NCBI GenBank assembly: GCA_037444445.1
Contig: JBBIMK010000015.1
Location: 1-32,000, forward strand
Origin: a bacterium
GTDB taxonomy: Bacteria > UBP7 > UBA6624 > JBBIMK01
Direction of reading: 5' to 3'
DNA length: 32,000 nucleotides
Shown here in pieces: positions 7,071 through 14,736 of the stretch. The notes under the pieces were generated by a model. It was not told where the DNA came from. It saw nothing but the letters and a program-made list of their open reading frames with translations, and did no database searches. The first letter of the stretch is position 1. The number at the start of each line of letters is the position of its first letter. Both the position numbers and the translations under genes were made by a program.

Positions 7071-8684
7071 TCATGAACATTTACAGTGACCCCATCCGCC
7101 GCCTCCAGCGGTTTCCATCCAGAACTCATCCTCTGCTTCCATCTCAAAGACCTGCTTGCCCTGCAGGGGTTCTGGATTTTCACCTTTATGAACGAGGAAG
7201 AATTCCGAGCGAGAACCCGGGAGACCACCCGCCAACCCATAGGGAGAGAAGCGGGAGCGGTCGGCAAACAGAGAAACCCTTGCCCCGGCAGATAGGAGTT
7301 TCCACGCTCGGCGAATTCCCTCTCCACCTCTCCATCTGCCCTCACCCCCGGAGCCTTCCCGGATTTCATATCGCAGAAATTGAATGGGATAGTTATGCTC
7401 CAGAACTTCAATGGGGGTATTCTGGGTATTAGTCATATGGGTATGAACAGCGGAGGGACCATGGAAGAGGGGGCAGGCGCCCGCTCCTCCACCGTTGGTT
7501 TCATAGAATGCCCACTCTTCCTGCGTAATGGGGTCCTTGCCCGACACCACCACATTGTTCATACTCCCACAGGAAGCCGCGGGAACCCGGTCAGGGAGCA
7601 AATGGCTGAGGGCTCTCAATAGGACATCTACAATCCGCTGAGAAGTTTCCAGATTCCCTCCCGCTACAGGGGCTGGATAGCGAGGATGCACCAGCGAGCC
7701 TTCCTCCGCCTCCACCTTCACACAGCGAAAAAAACCGTCATTGACCGGCACTTCAAGAGGTAACAGGCACTTCACCACATAATAACACGCTGAAAGGGTT
7801 ACGCCATAAACCGCATTGAGAGGATAAGAAACCTGCTGACTTGTTCTGAAGAATTGAATCTTTACACTCCCTTTGGAAAATTGGATGGATGCCCGTATCC
7901 ACACCACAGGAAAAGAAGTGGAGAAACCACGCTCCGATGGAAGTTCCAGCACATCCTCTGCCTCCGCCAGGTTAGAGGGAAATTGAGAAAGGTGTGCCCG
8001 GGTGAGTTGCTCTGTGGAATCAAAAATCCCGGTGAAGGATGCCTGTAAATCTTCTAACGGGTATCGGTTCAAGAGTTCCAGAATATGCCGTTCGCCCAGG
8101 AAATTGGCAGAAATCTGCGCTTGCAAATCCCCCTTTACCCAGTCGGGCAATCGCGTATGTCGTAACAGGCTATTGAAAAAATCAGCATTCACCCGGTTAT
8201 TGCGCATCAGGAGTGTGGGAGGAATCACCCATCCTTCATCTTCCAGTGAAGTAGATAAAATTGAAATACCGCCGGCATGCTTTCCTCCCACATCTACATA
8301 ATGGGCTTTGTTTGCCACATAAGCGACCCGAATGCCCTGATAAAAAACCGGGCGAATCACCATCACATCATTCAAATGGGTTCCGGTGAGGTAAGGGTCA
8401 TTGAGAATCCACATTTCTCCTTCCTGGATTTCTTTAGAGGCTTCCTGAATCGCCTTCAAGGTTTGCTTCATTCCCCAGGAGAAAGAGCCGAGATGAACGG
8501 GGATATGTTCAGCAGTGGCGAGCAAACGACCCTCTGGGTCAAACATGGCACAGGTATAGTCTGCTCTCTCTTTGATGTTCGGAGAATAGGCACTCTTCCT
8601 CAGGGCTATTCCCATTTCTTCACAGGCAGTAGATAGAGCATAGCGAATCATTTCTATCTCCACTCCTCCAATGAACATATCCAC
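7071..8684 (-). CDS. hyuB: Hydantoinase B / oxoprolinase family, B subunit
   Basis: N-terminus IEMIRYALSTACEEMGIALRKSAYSPNIKERADYTCAMFD...HIPVHLGS is typical of Hydantoinase_B. The GTG start lies 2 nt after the hyuA stop, with AGGGGG 6 nt upstream. Confidence 0.9.
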   Translation of the reverse strand: MDMFIGGVEIEMIRYALSTACEEMGIALRKSAYSPNIKERADYTCAMFDPEGRLLATAEHIPVHLGSFSWGMKQTLKAIQEASKEIQEGEMWILNDPYLTGTHLNDVMVIRPVFYQGIRVAYVANKAHYVDVGGKHAGGISILSTSLEDEGWVIPPTLLMRNNRVNADFFNSLLRHTRLPDWVKGDLQAQISANFLGERHILELLNRYPLEDLQASFTGIFDSTEQLTRAHLSQFPSNLAEAEDVLELPSERGFSTSFPVVWIRASIQFSKGSVKIQFFRTSQQVSYPLNAVYGVTLSACYYVVKCLLPLEVPVNDGFFRCVKVEAEEGSLVHPRYPAPVAGGNLETSQRIVDVLLRALSHLLPDRVPAASCGSMNNVVVSGKDPITQEEWAFYETNGGGAGACPLFHGPSAVHTHMTNTQNTPIEVLEHNYPIQFLRYEIREGSGGEGRWRGGEGIRRAWKLLSAGARVSLFADRSRFSPYGLAGGLPGSRSEFFLVHKGENPEPLQGKQVFEMEAEDEFWMETAGGGGWGHCKCS

Positions 8685-8686
8685 TA

Positions 8687-10783
8687 CTAACCCCCTTGAT
8701 GAATCTGAAGATTCCGATACCCGTCCACCTTCGCCATCCAGCCCGATGGAATTAAAGTGGTGGAATCGTATTCAAATACGATAGCGGGACCGGTAAGAAG
8801 ATTTCCCGGTAATAGTGACTCTCTCTGGTAGGCTGGAACTTCCATCCACTCGCCATCCCAGAAGATTCGCTGACTTTTCGTTCTGGACTCCGGGGGAGGG
8901 ATGGGCAAATCCTCGGATTCCCTGTGAACTTCTGGCTTGAGGATTTTCCCGATTCCCCGAACGCGAAGATTCACAATTTCCACAGGGTCATCCAGAAAAG
9001 CATAACCGTATACTTTCCGGTGTTGTTGATGAAACAGGGAAAGGACATCCTCCACCGAAAAGCCTGCCGGAGGTAAGGGGATAGAGATTTCATAGGATTG
9101 GCGAAAATAACGAGCATCCATCAGGGACTCAATAGAAATATCTTCCGGGAGAAATCCTTCTTCTCGTAAGATGGTTCGGGCACGCTCTTGCAATAGAAAA
9201 AACTCCTGGAGTAAAGTAAAGAGCAGTTCTTCCGAGGATTTAGAGCCTCTGGAGATGCGATGGAGGAAATGTTTTTGCAGGTCTACAATTCCATCCGCCT
9301 GCAGAAGTCCGAAAGCACTGAAAAATCCGGGGTGAAAAGGAATGACTACTGACGAAATATGAAGGGCTTCCGCAAGGGCACAGGCATGGAGGGGGCCAGC
9401 CCCACCGAAAGCCACGAGGGTGAAATGGGCAGGATTCTCGCCCTTATCTGCTGAAACCAGCCGGAGGGCTTTTTTAATCTGAGCCTGGCTCAACTGGAGG
9501 GCTGCCCAGGCGGATGCTTCTATTTCCCAGTTCTGAGGTCCGGAAACTCTCTTCTCCCACACCCATCGCGCTCGTTCAATGGAAAGAGGCATTTCTCCAC
9601 CCAGAAAGTGAGCGGGATGAAGGTGTCCTAAAAGAAGGTGGGCATCGGTGAGAGTGGCTTCTTCACCGCCCTGGTCGTAGCAAGCAGGGCCTGGCATCGC
9701 TCCGGCGGAAAGGGGTCCAACTGTGAGTTGCCCGGCGGCATTCAGTCTCACGATAGTTCCACCCCCGGCACTTACCTCCGCCAGGTCTACACAGGGATAG
9801 CGGACAGGGTATCCACTTCCCCTCAAATATCGGCTGGCATGCACTTTGCCACCCACTTCATATTCATTTACTACACGAGGAGAACCATCCTTAGCCAGCC
9901 CCGCTTTTGCTGTGGTTCCGCCCATATCCAGGCTCAGAACTCTGGGGAGGTGAAGCAGGCGCGAGAGAAGGGAGGCGGCCGTAACTCCTGCAGCGGGCCC
10001 TGACTCAATGGTGGCTACCGGAAGTTTTTTAATCCGCTCCACACCCACCAGCCCTCCCGATGAAACCATCTGATAAAAAGGAGCGGATATTCCCTTGCTC
10101 CTCAATTCCCTTTGAATATGCTCCAGATACTCTGTCAGGACAGGTATAAGCAAAGCATTGATGAGGGTGGTGGAGAATCGCTCGTACTCCCGGTGTTCCG
10201 GGTTCACATCCGAAGAAAGCACCACGGGGATACGGGGCAAAAAACGGCTTAGAATTTCAAAAGCCCTCCGCTCATTCTCCGGGTTCACGCAAGAGTGAAG
10301 GAAACAGACGGCGACCGATTGCACTTCCTTCTCACGAATCAACCGGGCGCACTCCCGGAGTGCTTCCTCATCTACCGATTGAAAAATTTTTCCATCCGGT
10401 CCTACTCTTTCAGATACGGTGAAACGCAAATTCCGTGGAATAGGTGGAACGGGTTTCTGAAAGAAAAGATTGTAGAGTTCCGGGCGATTTTGCCTGCCAA
10501 TCTCCACAATATCGCGAAATCCTTCCGTAGTCAGTAAAGCGGTTCGGGGAAGAGGCAATCCCATTTGCCCCAGTAAAGCGTTCGTGCCCAGAGTGGTGGC
10601 ATGAGCGAAAAAGGAGAGGGCTGAAAACTTCTCCTCGCCAAGCCTTTGAATCGCTTCCAGAACAGCACGGTGAGGTTCCCGAGGCGTGGAAGGAACTTTG
10701 ATAACCTGACCTGCTCCGCTCTCTTCATTTTGCACGAACAAATCAGTGAAAGTTCCACCCGTATCTATGGCTACCCTGAACAT
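8687..10783 (-). CDS. hyuA: Hydantoinase A / oxoprolinase family, A subunit
   Basis: RVAIDTGGTFTDLF at the N-terminus and DMGGTTAK in the middle are the hydantoinase_A ATPase motifs. The track start 10804 is possible, but ATG 10783 (MFRVAIDTGG) fits the family N-terminus better. Confidence 0.9.
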   Translation of the reverse strand: MFRVAIDTGGTFTDLFVQNEESGAGQVIKVPSTPREPHRAVLEAIQRLGEEKFSALSFFAHATTLGTNALLGQMGLPLPRTALLTTEGFRDIVEIGRQNRPELYNLFFQKPVPPIPRNLRFTVSERVGPDGKIFQSVDEEALRECARLIREKEVQSVAVCFLHSCVNPENERRAFEILSRFLPRIPVVLSSDVNPEHREYERFSTTLINALLIPVLTEYLEHIQRELRSKGISAPFYQMVSSGGLVGVERIKKLPVATIESGPAAGVTAASLLSRLLHLPRVLSLDMGGTTAKAGLAKDGSPRVVNEYEVGGKVHASRYLRGSGYPVRYPCVDLAEVSAGGGTIVRLNAAGQLTVGPLSAGAMPGPACYDQGGEEATLTDAHLLLGHLHPAHFLGGEMPLSIERARWVWEKRVSGPQNWEIEASAWAALQLSQAQIKKALRLVSADKGENPAHFTLVAFGGAGPLHACALAEALHISSVVIPFHPGFFSAFGLLQADGIVDLQKHFLHRISRGSKSSEELLFTLLQEFFLLQERARTILREEGFLPEDISIESLMDARYFRQSYEISIPLPPAGFSVEDVLSLFHQQHRKVYGYAFLDDPVEIVNLRVRGIGKILKPEVHRESEDLPIPPPESRTKSQRIFWDGEWMEVPAYQRESLLPGNLLTGPAIVFEYDSTTLIPSGWMAKVDGYRNLQIHQGG

Positions 10784-10868
10784 TTCATACCTGCCTAATG
10801 GCATTATACAAAATATTACCGCTTCTCACTGGAACACCACACCGCTCGTGCCGGGAGAGTTTTCGCGG

Positions 10869-10874
10869 TATAAT
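10869..10874 (+). promoter_or_regulatory. Candidate -10 box (TATAAT) for the VOC-galE transcription unit, in the divergent hyuA/VOC spacer
   Basis: A perfect TATAAT sits 34 nt upstream of ATG 10908 and 19 nt upstream of the GGAGGTG Shine-Dalgarno sequence. Confidence 0.3.
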
Positions 10875-10907
10875 ATAACTACCAAATTCAACGGAGGTGT
10901 GAAAACG

Positions 10908-11261
10908 ATGAGCAACAAAATTGTGCATGTGGAGATACCCACCACAGATTTAGAAAAGTCAAAAACTTTTTACGAGGGGATTTTCGGATGGAAAGTGAGC
11001 CTGATTCCGGAAATGAACTACGCCATCTTTGAAGTGAAGGATGGCATCGGCGGGGGCTTCAACAGAGTGGAATCCATCGCTCTGAATACGGGCTATATGA
11101 ACTACATTCATGTGGAAGATATAATCGTAACCCTGAAAAAAATTGAAGAAGCAGGTGGAAAAACGGTTTTGCCGAAGACTTCTATCGGGCAGGAGTGGGG
11201 ATATATTGCCATATTCACTGACCCATGCGGTGCTCAGATGGGCCTTTGGGCAAAATCCTGA
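10908..11261 (+). CDS. VOC (glyoxalase/bleomycin-resistance/dioxygenase) family protein
   Basis: GGAGGTG (10893-10899) lies 8 nt before ATG 10908. The motifs IVHVEIPTTDLEKSKTFYEGIFGW and DPCGAQMGLW are typical of the VOC family. The track's upstream extension overlaps the hyuA start and has no support. Confidence 0.85.
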   Translation: MSNKIVHVEIPTTDLEKSKTFYEGIFGWKVSLIPEMNYAIFEVKDGIGGGFNRVESIALNTGYMNYIHVEDIIVTLKKIEEAGGKTVLPKTSIGQEWGYIAIFTDPCGAQMGLWAKS

Positions 11262-11330
11262 AATTGCCGATTTCTATTGCCTGTTCTAATTTTTTTTCCA
11301 GTTCCGAAGCAGGATAGCCTCAAACTCCGC

Positions 11331-12311
11331 ATGAAAATTTGCATCACGGGCGGCGCTGGATATATCGGCTCCTTCACCGCTGAAAACCTTCGGAGAGAAC
11401 ATTCCCTCCTCATTATAGACGACTTTTCTCAGGGACACCGGGACGCCATAAAAGATTATCCAGTGCTGGAAGGAGATTTTGGGAATGAGACCCTGTTAAA
11501 GGAAGCCTTTCAGAACTTCCATCCGGATATAGTGGTTCACCTGGCGGCGATGGCCGTTGTAGAAACATCCTTCCTGGACCCTCAAAAATACTACGATACG
11601 AACGCGGTGAAAACTGGAATACTGCTGGAATCCATGAGAAAATTTGGCATCCAGAATCTCATTTTCTCCTCCTCCGCCTCGGTTTACGGCATGCCCCAAA
11701 ATATTCCCATTTCGGAAGACGCACCTCTTCTTCCCATCAACCCTTATGGTGAGAGCAAGTTGATAGCAGAAACGCTGATACGGACGGCATCAGAGGACTG
11801 GGGGCTGAATGCAGTCATTCTAAGGATTTTTAATGTGGCGGGTGCTTCACCCGAAGTCGGGCTGGGAGAAGACCATTCTCCAGAGACCCATCTGATTCCC
11901 AATCTTTACTCAGCGGTCCTCGGCTATTCCCCTTCCTTCCCACTGGAAGGTTATGGTGAACCTCGCTCTGGCGAGAATGTCTTGCGAGATTTTGTTCATC
12001 CTGCGGATGTGGCGGAAGCCATCGGGCGTTCCACTGCGTTTGTTCCACGCTGTGGCTTGAAAATCTACAATGTAGGCTCCGGGCAGGGCAGAACCGTGAA
12101 AGAGATTTTGGGGATGCTGGAGGAGCAAACGGGTCGCCCGGTGCCAGTTCGTTTTGAAAAGGCTCGCCCCGGGAATCCTCTTCATCTGGTGGCTAACATT
12201 ACAAAAATCCAGCACGACCTGGGATGGGCACCCCGATTTTCCTTCAACGAAATCCTGAATACTACTCTGAAATGGATGAAAACACATCCACATGGTTATG
12301 AGAAGAAGTAA
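11331..12311 (+). CDS. galE: UDP-glucose 4-epimerase (NAD-dependent SDR)
   Basis: MKICITGGAGYIGS Rossmann motif at ATG 11331, the YGESK catalytic YxxxK motif, HSPETHLIP and RDFVHPADVA. Confidence 0.88.
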   Translation: MKICITGGAGYIGSFTAENLRREHSLLIIDDFSQGHRDAIKDYPVLEGDFGNETLLKEAFQNFHPDIVVHLAAMAVVETSFLDPQKYYDTNAVKTGILLESMRKFGIQNLIFSSSASVYGMPQNIPISEDAPLLPINPYGESKLIAETLIRTASEDWGLNAVILRIFNVAGASPEVGLGEDHSPETHLIPNLYSAVLGYSPSFPLEGYGEPRSGENVLRDFVHPADVAEAIGRSTAFVPRCGLKIYNVGSGQGRTVKEILGMLEEQTGRPVPVRFEKARPGNPLHLVANITKIQHDLGWAPRFSFNEILNTTLKWMKTHPHGYEKK

Positions 12312-12394
12312 AGTCTTTTCCACTCGTGACGAATGAAGGGAGAAACCCCTGGAAAAGATTGGAGGATAGTAAAAACCATTACAGAGAAGAGGAT

Positions 12395-12973
12395 TTAGCG
12401 TTTTGGGGAAGGCTCACTGGCTTTTCCGTTCTCTGAGGGGATTTCCTGATTCAGTTCAAAGGAAATATTGGAGGAGCCCATGGCCACGGGTTCAGGGTAG
12501 AAACCGATAAGGTCGCCAGGCTGGCGAGTGCTCGCGTTCCCGTCCTGGTCTAACCGTGCAGTAACCCACACCTTTTTAGCCTCTGCATTCTCATTATTCC
12601 CTGTAAATCCATGAGTGAGCGAAAGGCTGTAGGGGACAGGAAAAGTGCCTGCTTCTATGCGTGTCACAGCAACCGGAGGACCTTCTGCATCTTTTCCCAG
12701 TTTTGCCATAACAAAAAGCACAGAGTTTTTCTTAACTTTATTCACCAGAACAGAAGAAATACCAATTTCACCCGATATTACTTGCTCCTCTGCCACCCCT
12801 GGAATAGCAGGCATCTCTTCCGAGGACGATGGCAGAGCAGGACCTTCCTGCGGCTCAGAGGACTCCTGCTCAACCTTCTCTGAATAGAAAAAGAAATAAA
12901 TGAGAAAGACAAGGATAAATAAAGATAATGCCCCCAAAAAAATCTTTCCTTTATCCGTGTAAGATTTGCTCAT
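12395..12973 (-). CDS. Membrane-anchored periplasmic protein; C-terminal half resembles the C-terminal domain of CcmI/CycH-type cytochrome c maturation proteins (tentative)
   Basis: AGGTGG lies 9 nt before ATG 12973 (MSKSY...). There is one TM helix (IFLGALSLFILVFLIYFFF) and an acidic Pro/Ser linker. The pattern that follows is VLFVMAKL...GPPVAVTRI...VWVTARLDQDGNASTRQPGDLIG, recalled from CcmI C-termini and not verified. Confidence 0.6.
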   Translation of the reverse strand: MSKSYTDKGKIFLGALSLFILVFLIYFFFYSEKVEQESSEPQEGPALPSSSEEMPAIPGVAEEQVISGEIGISSVLVNKVKKNSVLFVMAKLGKDAEGPPVAVTRIEAGTFPVPYSLSLTHGFTGNNENAEAKKVWVTARLDQDGNASTRQPGDLIGFYPEPVAMGSSNISFELNQEIPSENGKASEPSPKR

Positions 12974-13018
12974 ATTTCGCATCCACCTGAAGTATACTAT
13001 ATTCTGAAAAAAGCCTGA

Positions 13019-14068
13019 ATGGACATTCTCACTTTTCAATCTGTGGAGGAAGCGGAACCCTACTGGGTAGAGAACCTTTGCCAGACTCCGTTTGATACGC
13101 CACTGTGGAACAAGTTATGGGCGAAACACAGTCGGGCAAAACCCTTGATTCTTGTGGCTGTGAATGAAAATCGCCCTCTTGCCCTGTGGGCGCTGAAGCG
13201 AGAAAAAAAACTGGGAACAACCCTCCGCTTCCTATCTCATCCAATCGCTGATTACCTGCGTGTTCTGACTCCTCAAAACTCCTCACGAGAAAGCCTGACT
13301 CAACTGCTGAAGTCCATTTACGAGATACCCTGGGATATTTTAGAACTGACCCATATATGGGAAAAAGACCCTCTTCTTCCAATCATTCAAGAATTCACCT
13401 CCAACTGGAAAGCGGAACCCGAGGAATTCTGTCCCTACCTTCTTCTGCCAGGAACCTGGGAAGAGCTTATGAGACGATTGAAAAAGAAATCACGAGATAA
13501 AGTGAAATACTATCAACGAAAAGCGGAAGAAATCGGGCCGGTACATCTAAAAGTGGCGGAAACACCAGAAGCAGTAAAGGAGGCTCTGGAAGCCCATTTG
13601 CGTCTTCACGGCATGCGATGGAGAAGGCGAGGCCAGCCGGGGGTTTACTGGCATCCCCGGGTGGTGGAATTTCATCGGGAATTCGCTCCCTCGGCGGCAG
13701 AAAGGAAAATGTGCCGCATTTACACTCTCTGCATCTCTAACAGGTCGGTGGCTTCCCTTTACGGATTTGCCTACCGAGAAACCTTCTATTTTTACACTTC
13801 GGGTTTTGACCCCCGGTGGCAGGAAGTTAGCCCGGGATTCGTTCTCGTCTCTATGGTGATTCAGGACGCCATCCAGCGAAAAGAAAAATGCTTTGATTTT
13901 TTGAGGGGCGGAGAAAAATACAAATACCGATGGCAACCCGAGAACCGGAAAAATCTTCGCCTCTGGATTTACCACCCCACTCTGACCTCCCGAGTCTTTC
14001 TTCATAAAGCCCGACTTCAATGGTACCTGGAAAAAACAAGCAAGAAAATCCTCCAATCTATGCCATAA
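13019..14068 (+). CDS. GNAT-fold acetyltransferase of the CelD/BcsL-like (Acetyltransf_6) type
   Basis: The 349-aa product has the pattern W..LW......PLILVAV.., LRLHGMRWRRRG, SGFDPRW...SPGFVL and FDFLRGGEKYKYRW. This pattern is characteristic of that family. Confidence 0.7.
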   Translation: MDILTFQSVEEAEPYWVENLCQTPFDTPLWNKLWAKHSRAKPLILVAVNENRPLALWALKREKKLGTTLRFLSHPIADYLRVLTPQNSSRESLTQLLKSIYEIPWDILELTHIWEKDPLLPIIQEFTSNWKAEPEEFCPYLLLPGTWEELMRRLKKKSRDKVKYYQRKAEEIGPVHLKVAETPEAVKEALEAHLRLHGMRWRRRGQPGVYWHPRVVEFHREFAPSAAERKMCRIYTLCISNRSVASLYGFAYRETFYFYTSGFDPRWQEVSPGFVLVSMVIQDAIQRKEKCFDFLRGGEKYKYRWQPENRKNLRLWIYHPTLTSRVFLHKARLQWYLEKTSKKILQSMP

Positions 14069-14204
14069 AAAAGTAATCACCCGAATCTGAAAATCTTTTG
14101 CTTTATTCATTATTTTTTACTATTTTTGTTATCAAGATTTGAAAATATGCTTTTTCAGTTAAGAAGCAGAATGACAAAAAGCCTGAAAGGTGAGGTGAAA
14201 TACC

Positions 14205-14435
14205 ATGAAAATTTATTGGGAAAGATGGGCAGAAAATTCCGCTTGTGCGGTGCGGGTTGACCTTCGTTATCTCCCCGAATCAACAGAATTCATTGATTTC
14301 TTTTCAGGGAATGTTCTCGTTCTCATCTTCTCCTCAAAAGAGGAGCGGTCAGAATTCGGCGTACATTCCGAACACCGTAAAGCAGGAGAAGTAGCGCAAT
14401 TGCCGAAAATATCATCGCATCTTCATACACTGTAG
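14205..14435 (+). CDS. Hypothetical 76-aa ORF (mutually exclusive with the antisense ORF at 14323-14499)
   Basis: GGTGAGGTG lies 7 nt upstream of the ATG. I recognised no motif, and the composition is unremarkable. Confidence 0.25.
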   Translation: MKIYWERWAENSACAVRVDLRYLPESTEFIDFFSGNVLVLIFSSKEERSEFGVHSEHRKAGEVAQLPKISSHLHTL

Positions 14436-14499
14436 CCTGGCGAGTTTCAAAAATTTCCTTGAAACGCTTCAGGTCTACTATCCAATGTAGATATGCCAT
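14323..14499 (-). CDS. Hypothetical 58-aa single-TM peptide (below the ORF-track length cutoff)
   Basis: Hand translation of the minus strand gives MAYLHWIVDLKRFKEIFETRQATVYEDAMIFSAIALLLLLYGVRNVRRILTAPLLRRR, then TGA. GGAGGA sits about 8 nt upstream of the ATG (plus-strand CAT at 14497-14499). It has a clear hydrophobic helix and a polybasic tail. Confidence 0.3.
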   Translation of the reverse strand: MAYLHWIVDLKRFKEIFETRQATVYEDAMIFSAIALLLLLYGVRNVRRILTAPLLRRR

Positions 14500-14736
14500 C
14501 TCTTTTTATCCTCCTCTACAAATTCTGAGAGAAAAAGTGAATCCCCTCTGTATTGTGAAACAGTTAAGTATACTTTTCTTTTCATGATTTTTCACAGCGT
14601 TTTATTAAAAAACACAAGGATTCCAAAATTGCAAGCCTGCCACCTTTTCTCAATGGGTTACCTTACTTAACTCTGCATAATAAAGAAGTTTTCAGCGTGT
14701 TGTGAGGAACTTCCTTTTCTCATACAATTAAATAGT

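Noticed and set aside
10746-10907. Upstream N-terminal extensions proposed by the ORF track for the VOC gene (10746), galE (11277) and the cytochrome c (21045).
   Set aside because: In each case a downstream ATG coincides with the conserved family N-terminus. For the VOC gene and the cytochrome c it is also preceded by a good Shine-Dalgarno sequence. The extensions add sequence without motifs, and for the VOC gene the extension overlaps the hyuA start.
11262-11330. A T8 run (11290-11297) after the VOC gene, considered as an intrinsic terminator before galE.
   Set aside because: The only nearby inverted repeat (GAAAT...ATTTC) is 5 bp, AT-rich and not adjacent to the T run. The VOC gene and galE are more simply read as co-transcribed.
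13547-14110. A 187-aa minus-strand ORF. Similar long antisense or alternate-frame ORFs occur at 2961-3446(-), 7010-7432(+), 9638-10003(+), 22729-23157(+), 23449-23904(+) and 26122-26655(+).
   Set aside because: Each lies almost entirely inside a confidently identified gene on the other strand or frame. Their composition is Arg/Ser/Pro/Gly- or Cys-rich and low in complexity, which is typical of shadow ORFs. None has a Shine-Dalgarno sequence or a recognisable motif.
14330-14345. A perfect hairpin CTCCTC-aaaa-GAGGAG in the 14-kb spacer, considered as a terminator.
   Set aside because: No U-run follows it on either strand, and it lies inside both candidate small ORFs. It is therefore not supportable as an intrinsic terminator.
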